DNA of 53,132 nucleotides from Ruditapes philippinarum (Eukaryota): NCBI RefSeq assembly GCF_026571515.1, contig NW_026864444.1, positions 62,001 to 115,132 of the forward strand, read 5' to 3'. Shown piece by piece: positions 13,246 to 26,500 of this stretch (position 1 is its first letter; each line of letters starts with the position of its first letter). The notes under the pieces were generated by a model. It saw only the letters and a program-made list of their open reading frames with translations, ran no database searches and was not told where the DNA came from. The position numbers and the translations under genes were made by a program.

Positions 13246-13986
13246 ATGGTAAGTCTAAAATGTAAAATTCAGATAACATTGTAGAGGATTTGACATTTGT
13301 CTTGACATTCATGATAAGATATGGAGAAAATGTTGAAATCGCTTATGACGTCATTAACGTTTGATTCATATGAACGGATTTATCAACAATATACGGTTCT
13401 ATTTATGAAACAATTGAAAATTATTGCAACGGTTACGTTTGTTGTGCGGAAACATGTATGTATCATTTTAAGTTTTCTTTCGCAAAAATGGTATTTCATA
13501 CTAATTTATACCCACGATTTTCTTTTTCTATTGTGAAACAACAGATGTTCTTTCATTATTATTCAATTTAGTGTTAACAACTTTACACTTTTTTTTATCT
13601 TTTTTGATTTTAAGCAAGTTTAAACAACATAGTGACAGCAAATTTATTATTTCCAGACTGGTAAGAACAGGAGCATGATTTGCTACCCACTTCACAGAAA
13701 TAAAAGTTTCACTCTAATACTTCTTGTTGTCGTCAGTATTGCTTGTAGTGTTAATGGACAGCTTTGCCAGAAAGCCGTCGTTGCCGGGAGAGCAATCTGC
13801 AAGGACACAGCACCGTTCATTGACGGATTAGGACGATGTGCAAGGAGTGCTCCTTTAGAGTATGGAAAAAAAGGGTGTGGCTTTATTGGATCTGGTTGTC
13901 GATGTCAATCTAATCATGTTCTAAACATGGTAGCAACAAATTCAACTGCGATCTCCCAGTTGTCAGGTCTAATTGGACGGAAGTGA
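13246..13986 (+). CDS. Secreted six-cysteine peptide precursor with C-terminal GRK (putative amidated defence peptide/toxin), copy A
   Basis: ATG|GTAAGT at 13246-13254 splices in frame to TTCCAG|ACT at 13657 (alternative start ATG 13675). Hydrophobic signal FTLILLVVVSIACSVNG, then Q; Cys spacing C-X10-C-X12-C-X12-C-X6-C-X-C; ends LIGRK*. A conserved inverted paralog lies at 43532-44247. Confidence 0.75.
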
Positions 13987-14648
13987 CTACATCTTTGGAT
14001 TGAAATGCAAACATATTAATACATGTGTATAAATGCATGACTCATCACTTTTGTTTTCATGATTTTTATTTAGCTTCGGGGGTCCACAAATGTGGAACCC
14101 CATTTATTTGAAAGTCATACATACAATCTTACAATTATGCATAATCATACAAATATATCAAGAAGAACAGTGTAAAACTAAAAGAAGGGAAACATGTGAT
14201 ATGATACAGTTTTAAAATTTTCACATTACATTTATAATATAATTTTGAAATGCGATTATATAAATATTCGTTAGGAGAACATTGTAATACGGCGGTTTAT
14301 TAATTATATTATATGATATTTATAAACAGATGGTTTGGTGAGTTTTTACATTCATTTATATAATGTTATTTTCTCATCCTTGTCACCACAGTGCCCCCAG
14401 CTAGAAAACCTTAACGAAAAGTGTATACGAAAAGTAGATTAGGTCTTCCCGTGGATTATGGTTTAGAAAATGAGTAAAGATGTATAATATGAAAGTATTA
14501 TGTTTAGTTGACATACTTAATTACATAGTAGGTAGAGTTATTAACACCATGGACAAGGATTATCTTAATTAAAATAATCCACAATTCCATGTCTTCTAAC
14601 GGAATAGTTTATCGACATATTTATATTATCAGGGAATCTGTATATGTA

Positions 14649-16505
14649 CGAGGTATAGTCAAAAAGTTCTCGGACTCTTACGATTACTTTGTTATTTTGT
14701 GTATGTTTTTATAATGACATATATCACATTACAATTTAGAGAAATCGCTGCATGAATATATAAGAGTCAATGATTTTCATAAATGTTACACATATTTAAC
14801 ACCCCGTTAAAGTTACACACTATGTCACGTACGGAGCACTTCGGCGACGTCGACGACGCTAACGACGTTCAGGTGACGTTTATATTCCATAAACAGCTTA
14901 CCGTCACGTTCATGCTTTTTCAAAATAGTCCCCATTGTGTTCAATACACTTCCTGTGCCGCTGTACCCACTTCCGGTAAATGTCTGCATAACTTCTTATT
15001 GCGGACCTCACAGCATATTTGATCTCATCTTCTGTATCAAACCTCCGACCCCTCAAATCAGCTTTCAGTCTAGGGAAAACACAAAAGTCTAAGGGGGCGA
15101 GATCGGGGCTATAAGGGGGATGACGTAGCCGCTCATATCCTAAGAAGTCAATAATAAGGAGTGTCTTGTCTGCGCGGTGTGCTGGAGCATTATCTTGATG
15201 AAAAATTAAATTTTCGATGTTGCACCCTGCTCGCTTTTTCCTGATAGCGTTCGTTAGATCCCTCCGCACCAACCTGTTAATAACAAATTCATTTTATTTG
15301 AAACTACCACAAATGCGGCAAATTATAAAAATTTGTTTCTTTCACTTTTTGTTATATACTTTTCACCTTACATATAAATAAACATAGAAATTTAGTAAAA
15401 ACATTTCATGCGACATAATTAATGCTTACCTTTTGATAGTACTCTTGGTTGACTGTCGCCGATCTTGGCACCGCATGTTGCAACAGCATACCCTGGCTAT
15501 CCATGAGAAAATATACATAACTTTCTTCGCCGACTTGCAGGTTTTCACCTACTTGGGGGGAGGTGATGAAGGTCGCTTCCACACCATCGACTCTCGTTTA
15601 CTGTCCGGGTCATAAAAGTTAACCCACGTCTCATCCGTAGTGATAATGCGCCTTAGGAATTGTTCGCCGTCTCTATCATATCGCCGTAAAAATTCTCGGG
15701 AAGCGTCTACACGGGTTGCTTTGCTTTCATCTGTAAGTAACCTAGGTACCCAGCGGGCGCATACCTTATTCATGTTGAAATCCTTCGTCACTATCTTATG
15801 AACAGTTCCATGACAAAGCCCGACGGTGTCTGCGATATCATCAATCGACTTTCTCCGATCTTTGGCGATGACGTCCTTCACATCTTGAATTGAGCGCTGA
15901 TCGTTATCCGGTCTTCCGCTTCGTGCACTATCGGTAATTTCCGTCTGAGCTTCCCTAAAACGCGTGTGCCATTCAAACACAGGTGTCCTAGAACAATTAT
16001 GAACACCCTCCTTCTGATTCAAAAACTTCCAGGAATCAGTCGGAGTCATTCCAGACATCGCACAGAATTTTATTACTGCCCGCTGCTCCGTACGTTTTTC
16101 TGAGGTTGACATTTTTTCGTATAGAAATTTTCACGTGGCTTGAATAATCGTGCACAAAATGGCGATACGTCATCCGATCACGCTAAATATTTGCAGTTGT
16201 TTACTAGTAACGTTCAGCTGACGTCACGTACAAAAATCACGAAGTTCTGGCGCCAGAATTTTGAGACATTCATGAAAGGGTATTATTCACTTCTAGAAAA
16301 ATCAAATTAATTCTGAAATGCTCCGCAAACGGGTTGCGGCGTGTTTCATGTGAAAAATAACTTCCAAATATTTACTAAATTGATTTTTTTCAAACATGTT
16401 GCTACTCAAATTAGTTAAAAATACCTTCATGGTAAATTTCATGACAATCGGACGTCAATAATCTTTTTAAACAGACCAGTCCGGGAACTTTTTGACTATA
16501 CCTCG
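14649..16505 (-). mobile_element. Young DD34D mariner transposon, 1857 bp, with an intron-containing transposase gene
   Basis: 28-bp TIRs CGAGGTATAGTCAAAAAGTTC(T/C)CGGACT and a TA TSD. The paralogous segment at ~42710-42733 has the empty site with a single TA. Confidence 0.95.
14910..16112 (-). pseudogene. Mariner transposase (premature TAG, two apparent 1-nt frameshifts, 156-nt intron 15274-15429)
   Basis: Motifs WVPRLL, IITTDETW, FHQDNAPAH and HPPYSPDLAPLDF (34 residues between the second and third catalytic D). TAG at 15549-15551; donor AAG|GTAAGC and acceptor TTAACAG. Confidence 0.9.
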
Positions 16506-17744
16506 TATTAATAGTGTAGCTAAACAATGACCACATTTCCGTGCTTCTAAAAGTCATGTTTCATAAAGACGGATAACTACTAAAATTTACCTAACATATG
16601 TTAACAAATTTACTTCCCTTTATCAGAAGAACAAAATTGCTAAGTTTTTCTTCCTGGTTTAAAGTAATTTTTCAAAATACACAATTACATATTACATAAA
16701 AAAGATCTAAACAAATATAATCAAGAACTGTCTCCGCCTACTCTATCGTGGACATTGTCTTCATAATTTAGATTACTGTGTTGTATTACAAGATTTCTTT
16801 GTAAGTATGAATATTGAAATATTGAAAGTATGACTCTTGTACGTATCCGATGTTTTTCGTCTCCATTTCAAAACCACTTACTAATTGAAAAAGACAGATA
16901 AAACAATAAGTATTGAGTTACAACTCAAACACACATGTTTATCATTATTGTGATTTCATCCAGAGTATATGTTAAGAACCTATAAGATAGGAATTGTATG
17001 ACAAAAAGAGTCATCGTGAAGAACTCAGTTATAAAACAACTACAACTACAGAAGGTCTATGAATAATTAAGTCTTTTGATTTCTTGTGAAATATGTCACT
17101 CCGTTTAAACTTGGAATTTGCTTTGCTAATCTGTGTAACGAATATTTACTTCTACCTACATTACATGCCGTTTTGCCATAAACCAATCGACAACTATACG
17201 TTATACAATCAAATTTTATGTTATAATACTTGATAATACACAACGTGATTTTTTGTGACCTTCGTCGTGAAAAAGATGGTCCAGTTTTATTATCTCTCGT
17301 AACTGTTATGATCAATATTTTATTATTATATTGGATAGTGTAGAAAACACTCATTCTAGTAAGAAACCCATACATAAAATGTTTCTTGCGAGACGATACT
17401 CATTTTTCTTTATCATATCGCACGAATACCTGATTGCTCAAACAATCGTTTTCTATTTCCGTATAAAATACTGTCTTCTTACCACAAAAATCTTGGTATG
17501 TGTTAATTTGAACGAGAGGGTGCCACATTTTATACAGTTAAAATGAAATATTCAAAACGTTATTACAAAAATAAAACGCGGATCCTCTTTTGTATTGTAT
17601 TTCCCATGCAGATCAAAAACAAAAGGTGAAATACAAGTATGAAAGAGAAATCGATATTCGGTTGGATTGAGAATGTTCATGAGTGATAATGGAAATGGCA
17701 ACATATTCCTCAATCTTAGCACGTAGTTAAGTTAAGCAGTATTC

Positions 17745-18253
17745 CAATCTGACTAAAGTTCAGATCTACCTATTTCTGTTATGTAGATCTGATTACGACC
17801 GTATATGTTTCGCCTTCTTTATAATTCGGATTTCCCGAGAAAGCTATTTTTAGCCGTGCAATGAAACCGGTTTTATATAGGCGTTAGAAAAAATATCAAA
17901 ATAACTTTATCCGTGGAAGTTAAACAAATTGTTAATTTTTGTTAGAAAAAAATATTTGAAGTAATTTTTAACAAATTAACTTGAAATAATAAAGTTAATT
18001 TTTAATTGGCAATATTGTTTTGCCAGTTTACCTGTCGGCTATATGGGCAACGGCAAGTTTGTTCTCGAAATCGTGACAATTTCCTACTCAGTATTGGTTT
18101 TCACAGGGTTAAAATTAGAAACCGCATCGCTTTCAAAATTTTGAAAGCTCGCCGATGATTGGCTATGTGAAAGATCACCAGAAATAACTTCGTAATTGGT
18201 CACTGTTAGATCTAAAAGCGGAGCGTTATTTAGTGCTAATTTTAATCAGATTG
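17745..18253. mobile_element. 509-bp MITE with CAATCTGAYTAAA TIRs and 10-bp TSD (Mutator-like TSD length)
   Basis: AGCAGTATTC is duplicated at 17735-17744 and 18254-18263. The element is absent from the third paralogous copy at ~46478-46500 and has a second copy at 40907-41482. Confidence 0.7.
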
Positions 18254-18974
18254 AGCAGTATTCAATCTTCAATTCAAAGCCATTTATTTGACTTAGTGTC
18301 TACTTGTCATGAAAATGTACAGTAATTCTAAATTAATTTTTTATGTTTCATCTCCACTTCACTGGAACACACGGAAAGTCTTAGTATGGTACCTTTAATT
18401 AAGTCATTTACTCACGTGATATTTTTGCATAATATTAAGATCAATGCATTTCTTATTGTTTTTATAACTTAACCATGCTCAGTATATTTGAAAGATTTGA
18501 AAGAAACCCCCCCCCCCCCCGAAAAAAAGAGAGAAAAGATTAATAAATGAAATAAATAGATGAAAATACTTGAATACTTGCTACTAGTATATGCAATGAC
18601 CTATCGTTGACACATATATACAATAGAGACAGTATAACAGCATGGACATTTTCGAATAAAAACGAATGTTATCAATGAGAAACAAAGACATGACATTTTT
18701 AGTTTTATAAATTGAGAGGATTCAATGACATTATCTGTCTAGTTTTAAGGTACACCTGAAGTATCCCTCTGTGTATATAATTTCGCCGTATATGAAACCT
18801 TGACCTTCAATAAGATAGCTAGTTAGCATGAAAACATCTAAAGCCACTGGAGATCCCACGGCAGTGAGGGACAAATAGTTTTTTTAGTCAGTTGGATCAA
18901 CTACTTGCCAGTGTTATTTATTGTTAACCACAATTCTGACTATCTAACAGTCATAGGGTGTTTTCTGAAGAAAG

Positions 18975-19300
18975 GTCGCGATCAAATTATGCTATCTGTC
19001 AAGCTATCCTTTACAAGCACAGCTTGGTTGTTATTCTATCCTTTCTCAGCGAACTCTCTATTCTAAGCTAAGGTCTCTGACAAACTAACCTTTCTAAGGT
19101 AAGATTTGTAAGCTAATAGTGTCGTCAAACTATCCTTTCTAAGGTAAGATTTGTAAGCTAAAAGTGTCGTCAAACCATCCTTTCTAAGCAAAAGTCGTTG
19201 TCAAACTATCCTTTCCAAGCAAAGGTCGCTGTCAAACTATCCTTTCTAAGCAAATGACGCTGTCCAAGCAAATGACGCTGTCAAATTATCCTTTCCTAAC
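18975..19300. repeat. Minisatellite, ~31-45-bp units (GTCAAACTATCCTTTCTAAG core)
   Basis: About eight diverged tandem copies visible. Confidence 0.8.
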
Positions 19301-19709
19301 AAAGATAAATTTACAGACTATATACATTTTACGTAAATACAGGATATAAGTGTCCAAGTATACTGTAAGAACGCAGTGTTTATGTCCTAGATAACAGACA
19401 GTTAAACACCTGGAAAGGCTATGTTAAACAATTATTTAAAATAAATACGTTTCTAAAATTATCTACCATTTGTACTCTAATGAGACCTAACCAAGTAAAA
19501 GTACAAGAAAATTTGTTTTCAAGGAAAACCATTAAACATCTATTTTGATTTAACACATGCAGCGCACGTGTAAGTTGTACTTTTCATAAACAGCAATCCT
19601 TCAACTTGTTATTGTAATGAACAAGTTAATTATTTTATATAAAACACTTCGGTTAGAAATGGCATATATATAAGAATCAAAGTACAGCATTATAGATGGG
19701 GTGGCTATG

Positions 19710-19905
19710 TAAGAAAGACCGGTGGAGACATTTCAACTTCATAAATTGCCGATTTCATCTTCATGAATTGCCGATTTCAACTTCACGAATTCACGATTTC
19801 AACTTCATGAAGTTTAAATTGTGAATTCGTGAAGTTGAAATCGTGAATACATGAAGTTGAAATGGAGAATTCGTGACGTTGAAATGGCCCTAACGGTCTT
19901 TCGTA
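19710..19905. mobile_element. Fold-back MITE with internal ~21-bp repeats
   Basis: Ends TAAGAAAGACCG...CGGTCTTTCGTA. Left half has ATTTCAACTTCAYGAATT repeats; right half has their reverse complement. Confidence 0.7.
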
Positions 19906-22714
19906 GCAATGTGTTACTTTATGCTTAACTAACACCTTAAGTAATGTTAGTATGTCTTTTGGAAAAAAAAACTTTCATTTTTACAAACAGGAAAAACAAT
20001 GTTTACTAAAGTGAAATGGAATGTGGAGAAATCGTTTGAAATATATGTATGATTTCTACATGACATTTATTATAATATTTTGAAAATGTACCAGTTTAGA
20101 CAATAATTGTCTAAATAATTAAATGCGCAAATAACAAATAACAGCGCAAATTTAACAAAAGAAGTTTTCATTTTGGTTGCGTTGGAAAAAAGGAATATGT
20201 ACAATTCCTAAAATATGCAGTAGCCTCTGTGACATCATAAGATTTAATTTTTATTTAATAAATAAAGTATTTAGAAATGGAATTCCCGTTAGTTTGTGTA
20301 CTGAAAATGTTCACAATCTCTTTATTGACGTTATAAACACATCATTCACGAATTTTGTGGGTAAAAACATTTTGCTGTGACAAAAAATCAAACATTATGG
20401 ATAGATTCGCTTTTAATTAGAGTATTCGTTCTTAACATAAAATAGTATATAAACAGATGAAATATTATGACATTTTAATCATCATTTTATAACAGAAAAA
20501 TAGATTGATTATCTTATACTTCAACTACAGGATTGGCAGAAACTCTTATAATTAAAATTTAGAATTCTTTGTTTTGAAACTATGTCAAAACTAGCAAAGA
20601 TCATAGCTAAATAATGTCACATATAGCCAGTTCACTCGTCTATGAAAGTGGATAACGCATGGTCTCTCGCAATATAAAAATGCGTAGTTATTCTGTAAAG
20701 AAGGCCTATTTGAACTTTTCATAAATGGACCGCCCGTGAGAAAAAATTACAATTTTCTGGATATACAATTATTCCCACTCACTAAGTTACAATTTTGTAT
20801 ATCCTTTTAGTATTTTTTATCACAAATAAGCGAACGCATGATAGATTCTTAATAAGCCACACTTCACTGCTTAGACGAGAGCGGACGGGCATAATGTTTC
20901 ATTTCGTAAATTTAAGTAGAGCTACCTATTATTTAAGCATTATGCACTATAATGGTTTGATGATAACATTTTATTAATACGTGTATTTCGAGAATTTCTG
21001 TCCTGCACACAACGCGCCATAGATAAAATGAGCGAGACGACGTGCACTGACATTGATAAGTAGGAATTGTGTACGCAGTAAATTGATAAAAAGCGTGCAT
21101 ATTTTGACGTCAGATTCAAATAAAGTTTTATCGGTGAAGTCATATTCTGCACTATGTTGGTTTTCTCATGGCATGGCCCATAAATTAATGCGTTTGCTGA
21201 CACAAATAGTCCCAGGTCTGTTTCCGGCCGGTTGCCTTTGGGTCGAGAAACAGTCTAGAGTATACGATAAGCAAAATTGGTTTAAACTCTTTGCTCTTGC
21301 AATCTGACGATCTGCCAGTCAATATAATTATTGCGATTTTTAAACATTTAGGTTTTCATTATGCCTAAAAATGTTCTTGTTTGTTGTTTTTTATCATGAG
21401 AATGTTAAATTAACGTTTAACTCTTTCAAAGCTAGATATCTTAATGGAATATGTACTGACTACATAGCGGACAGTGAATCCGATTTATCTATTTGTTATG
21501 TTGCCGCTAGCAAACTTAGGGTTAACATTTAAGTATTTTCTTGTTGAAGTTTTGTTGAAGTTTTTTTTTGCACGAATTAAATCATCAATTGACGAAGATC
21601 TTTTGGTTAATTGCCTATCACAACCACTAGCCAATAACACACTTTTAGATTTTTATGGAGGATAAACTAGGTAAAGATGGTACAATTATAAATGTACCAT
21701 GGTCTAAGGTTTTCGTACATCTGGATAAAAGGTTTCCATCAAGATAAAAACAAATGGGTTATGAAAACCATTAGGGAGAGGAAAAATTGTCACAAAGTAG
21801 GGTAGCTCAAGGGGAAATGTGGTATATGTAAAATGATAAAACATTTTACAGCTAATCGTTGTATCATTTCATTGGCATTGTCATTTTCAATATAAGCCAA
21901 TGAAAACAGTGAATCGAGGGTTGTTTTACTGTTTTACGCTATGTGAATAAAATGTATTTTTAATTTCGGTAGCAAAACCTAATTTCAATTGTGCCTTTAA
22001 CAAATAAACATTATAAATTATCTTCCATCATATTTTATTTTTTATTAATTTACATAAAACGATAATATTTATAGTCGAAGAAATCTATACTTAAAGTGGC
22101 ATTATGCTCATTTGTTTCGCTGTCAAGTTAAGTTAAATAAGATTGACTATTTATTAGAAAAGTGATTGGCCGATAATTCTTAATGAAAAATGTTTAGGAT
22201 AAAAAGAATGCCCTACTCGTTTTTTTTAAAATTAAACGTAATCGAAAAACCTTCTATGAAGCGCATTCTTGAGTTTTAAAAAACAATAAAAGTCTAAACA
22301 GACCATTCAGAATAGACCAAAGTCAAAATACTTGCCATAGAGGCAAGATATTCAACATTTTTAACAACCCTCCATGTTACGTGGAGCATTAAATTTTATC
22401 AAAATATACATACCATAAATGAGTAATACATTTCTAATTTGTACACTTGTTATTGATCTTTTTGGCTGACAGGTACGTTTTTCTGATATTTGTTTTTTTG
22501 TTGTTTTTTTGCTAGGTTTTCTTATTTTCTTTTTCAGGTTTTAAATTTGTGGTGGTGCTAAAGTTAAAGCCACACGTGACTTTTTGTGAGTCTGTAATCA
22601 CTGTTTCGTAGTTACTTAATCGCATCGAAGATGTTTATAGAAGATTTCACTGGCCAATCTTGTTACATGAAATTTGATACTGCAGTTAAATGTTTAACCT
22701 AGGCATAATGATAC

Positions 22715-23027
22715 GCCAGCCTGCACATCTAATTCGGTTAGAGCGCGAGACTTGTAATCACGAGATTGTGGGTTCGATTCCCGGGCTGGCAAACTAAAAT
22801 TACTAATCAGTCTTTCGGATGAGACTTTAAATCGAGGTCCTGTGTATGGGTGCTTAAACACTTGGCACGTTAAAGAACCAAAAGAAGCTTCTGGAATTGG
22901 GTCATCTTTCTGTATCTGTAATTGCACTATTCTCAAACGTCTTAAATGACTAATACTCTCCTGGAGGACTCGCCCATATGGGCAACCGGTGACGAGTATA
23001 AATAAACACAAATACACACACACACTC
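22715..23027 (+). mobile_element. Full-length tRNA-derived V-domain SINE
   Basis: tRNA-like head GCCAGCC...GGTTCGATTCCCGGGCTGGC, V-SINE core GTCTTTCGGATGAGACTTTAAATCGAGGTCCTGT, (AC)n tail and 9-bp TSD TAATGATAC. Absent from the paralogous segment near 6490. Confidence 0.85.
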
Positions 23028-23269
23028 TAATGATACAATATGTGTATTATAATTAAAAAATTATTTGTAAAACATTGTTAACTTCTTAATAGTACAACTA
23101 ATCAACTGGACTTCTTGGTGCTAGACCTTGCATTTGTTAGAATGCTGATACATATAGTGGTGGCGTGTGTTGGGTGGTTTACCCTTTGGATCACAGCATA
23201 TAAACACTTTAAAAATTACATAGTATGGTTTCAGGCACCGTATTGTTCCTGGGTAAATTCTCAAGCAGT

Positions 23270-23442
23270 TTACCCAGTACTAGTTGCCTTCACTTTTGCG
23301 CAGAGCAGAGGTACAGTGCGAAATGACCTTATGAAGGATATCAATGATAAAATCACAAACGAAATAGTTCTGGGCAACCGTCCGGAATCCGGGTCGCCCC
23401 GATTCAAACACTCGAACGCTCAACCCCTTGAGCTAACCGGAG
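23270..23442 (-). mobile_element. Degraded tRNA-derived SINE (paralog of 6700-6860)
   Basis: Same core and same position upstream of the gene copy. Confidence 0.5.
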
Positions 23443-23579
23443 ACGATTTTGATGCGTATATTTTTATAAAAGTTAATTGAACTATACAAATGTATAAAAA
23501 TGAATGAAAACATGAATTAATTTATGATGTTTTTATAAATTAACAGACGGACTGATACAAAGATACGAACGAAGATACA

Positions 23580-26500
23580 ATGGAGAAGAACCTACTTAAC
23601 TTCGTTATCATCACAATCATATTTGCTTTGAGTGTCGTGGAAAGTAAAGGCAATTCTAATGTTCCTAACTATCATGACGAACTATCGAAACTTGAAAACC
23701 ATCTCATAGCAAGACTTTTGAAGAACGACGTGGACGCCGAATTAGAATTGGACAGTGCTGACGAAAACACAAACTTTGGCGGTATGTATGTTACAAATTT
23801 AGCTATAAACGTATATAATTCATTCAGATATAAAGAGATCAACCAGATCAATATTTTGTGTGATTACATTGTGTCAAAATTTATTTTAGTCAAATTCTAG
23901 ACTTTAATTTCCATTTTTCAGAATAAAGCTACTTCAACTATTAAGTACAAATGTACTAAGTTTAGGAAGAAAGATAAAGTAATTAAATTTCATTCATAAC
24001 TTTCTATTGCTCAAAGTTTATTTGTCTTAATGAATTGTGTACATCACCGCACATTTATTTATGTTATATTTGAGCCGCGCTTGCGTTTGCGACCAGCATG
24101 GATCTAGACCAGCATGCGCATCCGCGCAATCTGATCAGGATCCATGCTGTTCGCTATCAGATTCCCTTCTTGTAATAGGGTTGGTAAGCGAACAGCATGG
24201 ATCCTGATCAGACTGCGCGGATGCGCATGCTGGTCTAGATCCATGCTGGTCGCAAACGCACTATGTTGGTTTTGTCGTGACGCGGCTAATATACATATGT
24301 ACGATTATATCAAAGATTATCGAACTATCGTACTAAACGACCAAAGACTGTATCATTAACCCAAAAAGTGTTTTTTGTTTTTTTGTTTTTTTTTTTGTTG
24401 ATTGTTTGCTACAAATTTTCTTAACTAAACAGGGTTGAAAATTTGGAAAAATTTTCCCAATTCCCTTAGCATAGAAATATTTTTGGGAAATATACATTTT
24501 TTTGGAATATTGATTAAAATCATGGAAATTCTTTCAAAACTTGATTTAATTTCGCCCTTTCTTTAAAAAACTGCCATTTTTGAATGATGCTATGTTTTCA
24601 GGCTTTGTTCTTAAAGTTTTAAAACGTTGCAAGTCTTTTCCGTGTGTACGGAACACCTCAATAACCTCGTTCTTAAAACAGATTGAAAGTAGTACTACAG
24701 TGTGATTTTATATGTTAACAAAAACAGAGTGTAATCTTTGATAATGTAGAACGAGTGTATATATTTGACATTCTAAAAAAACGTTAAGTCTGTTTCGGTA
24801 AAATAATGATTGAAAATATGTCTGACAATCATAAACAATTTTTTAAAAATGCCCATTGGTGTACATTTATAAACAAATCAAAATTAATGTCAACAGGTAA
24901 ACATTTTAAACTTTTTCTACAACCATAACAAAAAAAATATAACTAAGCTACTGTTTACTTTTATAGAATTTAGGTGGGCTTTTAGTCTTTCCTAGACATA
25001 TTGGAATAAACTTGGTCATCAAATTAGGATTTGCTCAAACGCGTAATACCAGCGCAGGTTAGAACGAAAACCATATCCGTTCTGTGTATATCCCTCAGAT
25101 AGTGTTTGCTATCTTAATCTTTGGTTTGACTGAAAAGGGTCGGCAAGATGCAATTGATCAAAAGAAGTTGATTTTACATTTATTTGTATCAAATATCAGT
25201 AGTTTCAATTAACGAATATTTCCATAATATATATTTCAAAGGTTGGCATACTTGCCTTTCAATAACCTTGTCAAAAATTATAAAAAGAAAAGATTTTTTA
25301 TACAACCCGAGTTTGTAATTGGTGTTGCACAGACAAATAGAGAAAATATAATCCCTAAAGAACGCCCAAAACGACAAAATTGAAAATGTTGCAGGTTGGG
25401 TTTGATTAAGCTTGTTCTCTGACGGTACTGTTAAGTGCAAATTACTGTCCACGACCCTGGCTCCGGCATTAGCAGAATTCAAGATTTAAAACTTACGAAA
25501 GCCAGATGCTATATGTGAAAAGGATCAACGACTACACAAAATATAGATCATTTCAGATTACACCTTGTATAGCTAATGGAGCGTATTATGAAATTATTGC
25601 TCCTTGTCGAACGTAAATTAAAAGAGATATAAATGATAGTAATTGTAGGATACTGACGAAAATATTTTATCAGTGTTTAGTTTGTATGATGGGTAACTAT
25701 ATAACGAAAGGTAAAACATAAATTCCTAAGAAACAAATGCAAAATGAGTTACGTACAACAGCAGAATATACACTAAGCAGGTATGCTTATGGTATGTGCA
25801 CATTTTAGAATATTGATGGATTTGTAGTAAAGAACGGAATTAGGTATCATTTTGAATAATTTCCTAATTGTAATAAAAAGGAAATAATAAATATCATGCT
25901 TACAAATCTTTACTGCAACAATGCTTTGAAATGGTTAAACAAACAACAAAACATTTATCTTTACAAGGCCACGATCTACATGAACCTGGACAAAAGAAGA
26001 GATTACGAATTCCTGATGGCGCAAGGTTCAGACCGTTGCCAATTTGTAGACCTTACGTACCGTTTCTTTCGACGTTCCAGTGCTGTGAACGTGGATTCAC
26101 TCATGTCGATTTAACAAGCAATGCTCCATGTGATGGAATTAATACCGCAGCAGGTGTTCAAATCCTTCAACAGCCAACAGCACAGACAAGCTTAACTGGG
26201 GACTGCAACAAAAGAGCACTTCTGAAGGTAAATATGTAAATACTGAACACACTCAAGCAATTCAGTTATATAGTTAAAAAATGTTTTCCAATTATTCCTC
26301 GTAGCGATGTAGTTTTTAGTCAGACTTGAAACATGTTAGGCATGTGGTAAAACTATGACAATTTTACTTAAATCACAGATAAACTTTGAGAAGTTTACAA
26401 AGGACCCATGTGACTACTGCTTAAGAAAACCATTATGTGGTAGACGTATGTTGAGAATAGATCTGACACTTAGTTCTGGTACACGATCAGGTTGGGGGTT

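Larger units (their letters stand above)
12790..18410. repeat. Segmental duplication, inverted copy at ~40750-44755; 16860-18916 also directly repeated at ~45095-47265
   Basis: Continuous reverse-complement similarity including the peptide gene, minus the mariner. Confidence 0.85.

Noticed and set aside
13321-13536. ORF MEKMLKSLMTSLT repeated at 43891-44172
   Set aside because: It lies within the intron of the peptide gene and the frames diverge between copies.
17067-17546. ORFs that recur at 41649-42023
   Set aside because: The recurrence comes from segmental duplication; stops and frames are not conserved across the three copies and there are no recognisable motifs.
18975-19300. Regularly recurring ~20-bp core resembling a CRISPR array
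   Set aside because: The intervening sequences are short and related to each other, there are no cas genes and the context is eukaryotic; it is a minisatellite.
22715-22790. tRNA(Thr, TGT)-like cloverleaf
   Set aside because: It is the head of a V-SINE with body, (AC)n tail and TSD, and the D-arm is degenerate.
24144-24359. 71-aa Cys-containing ORF
   Set aside because: It is translation of a palindromic MITE.
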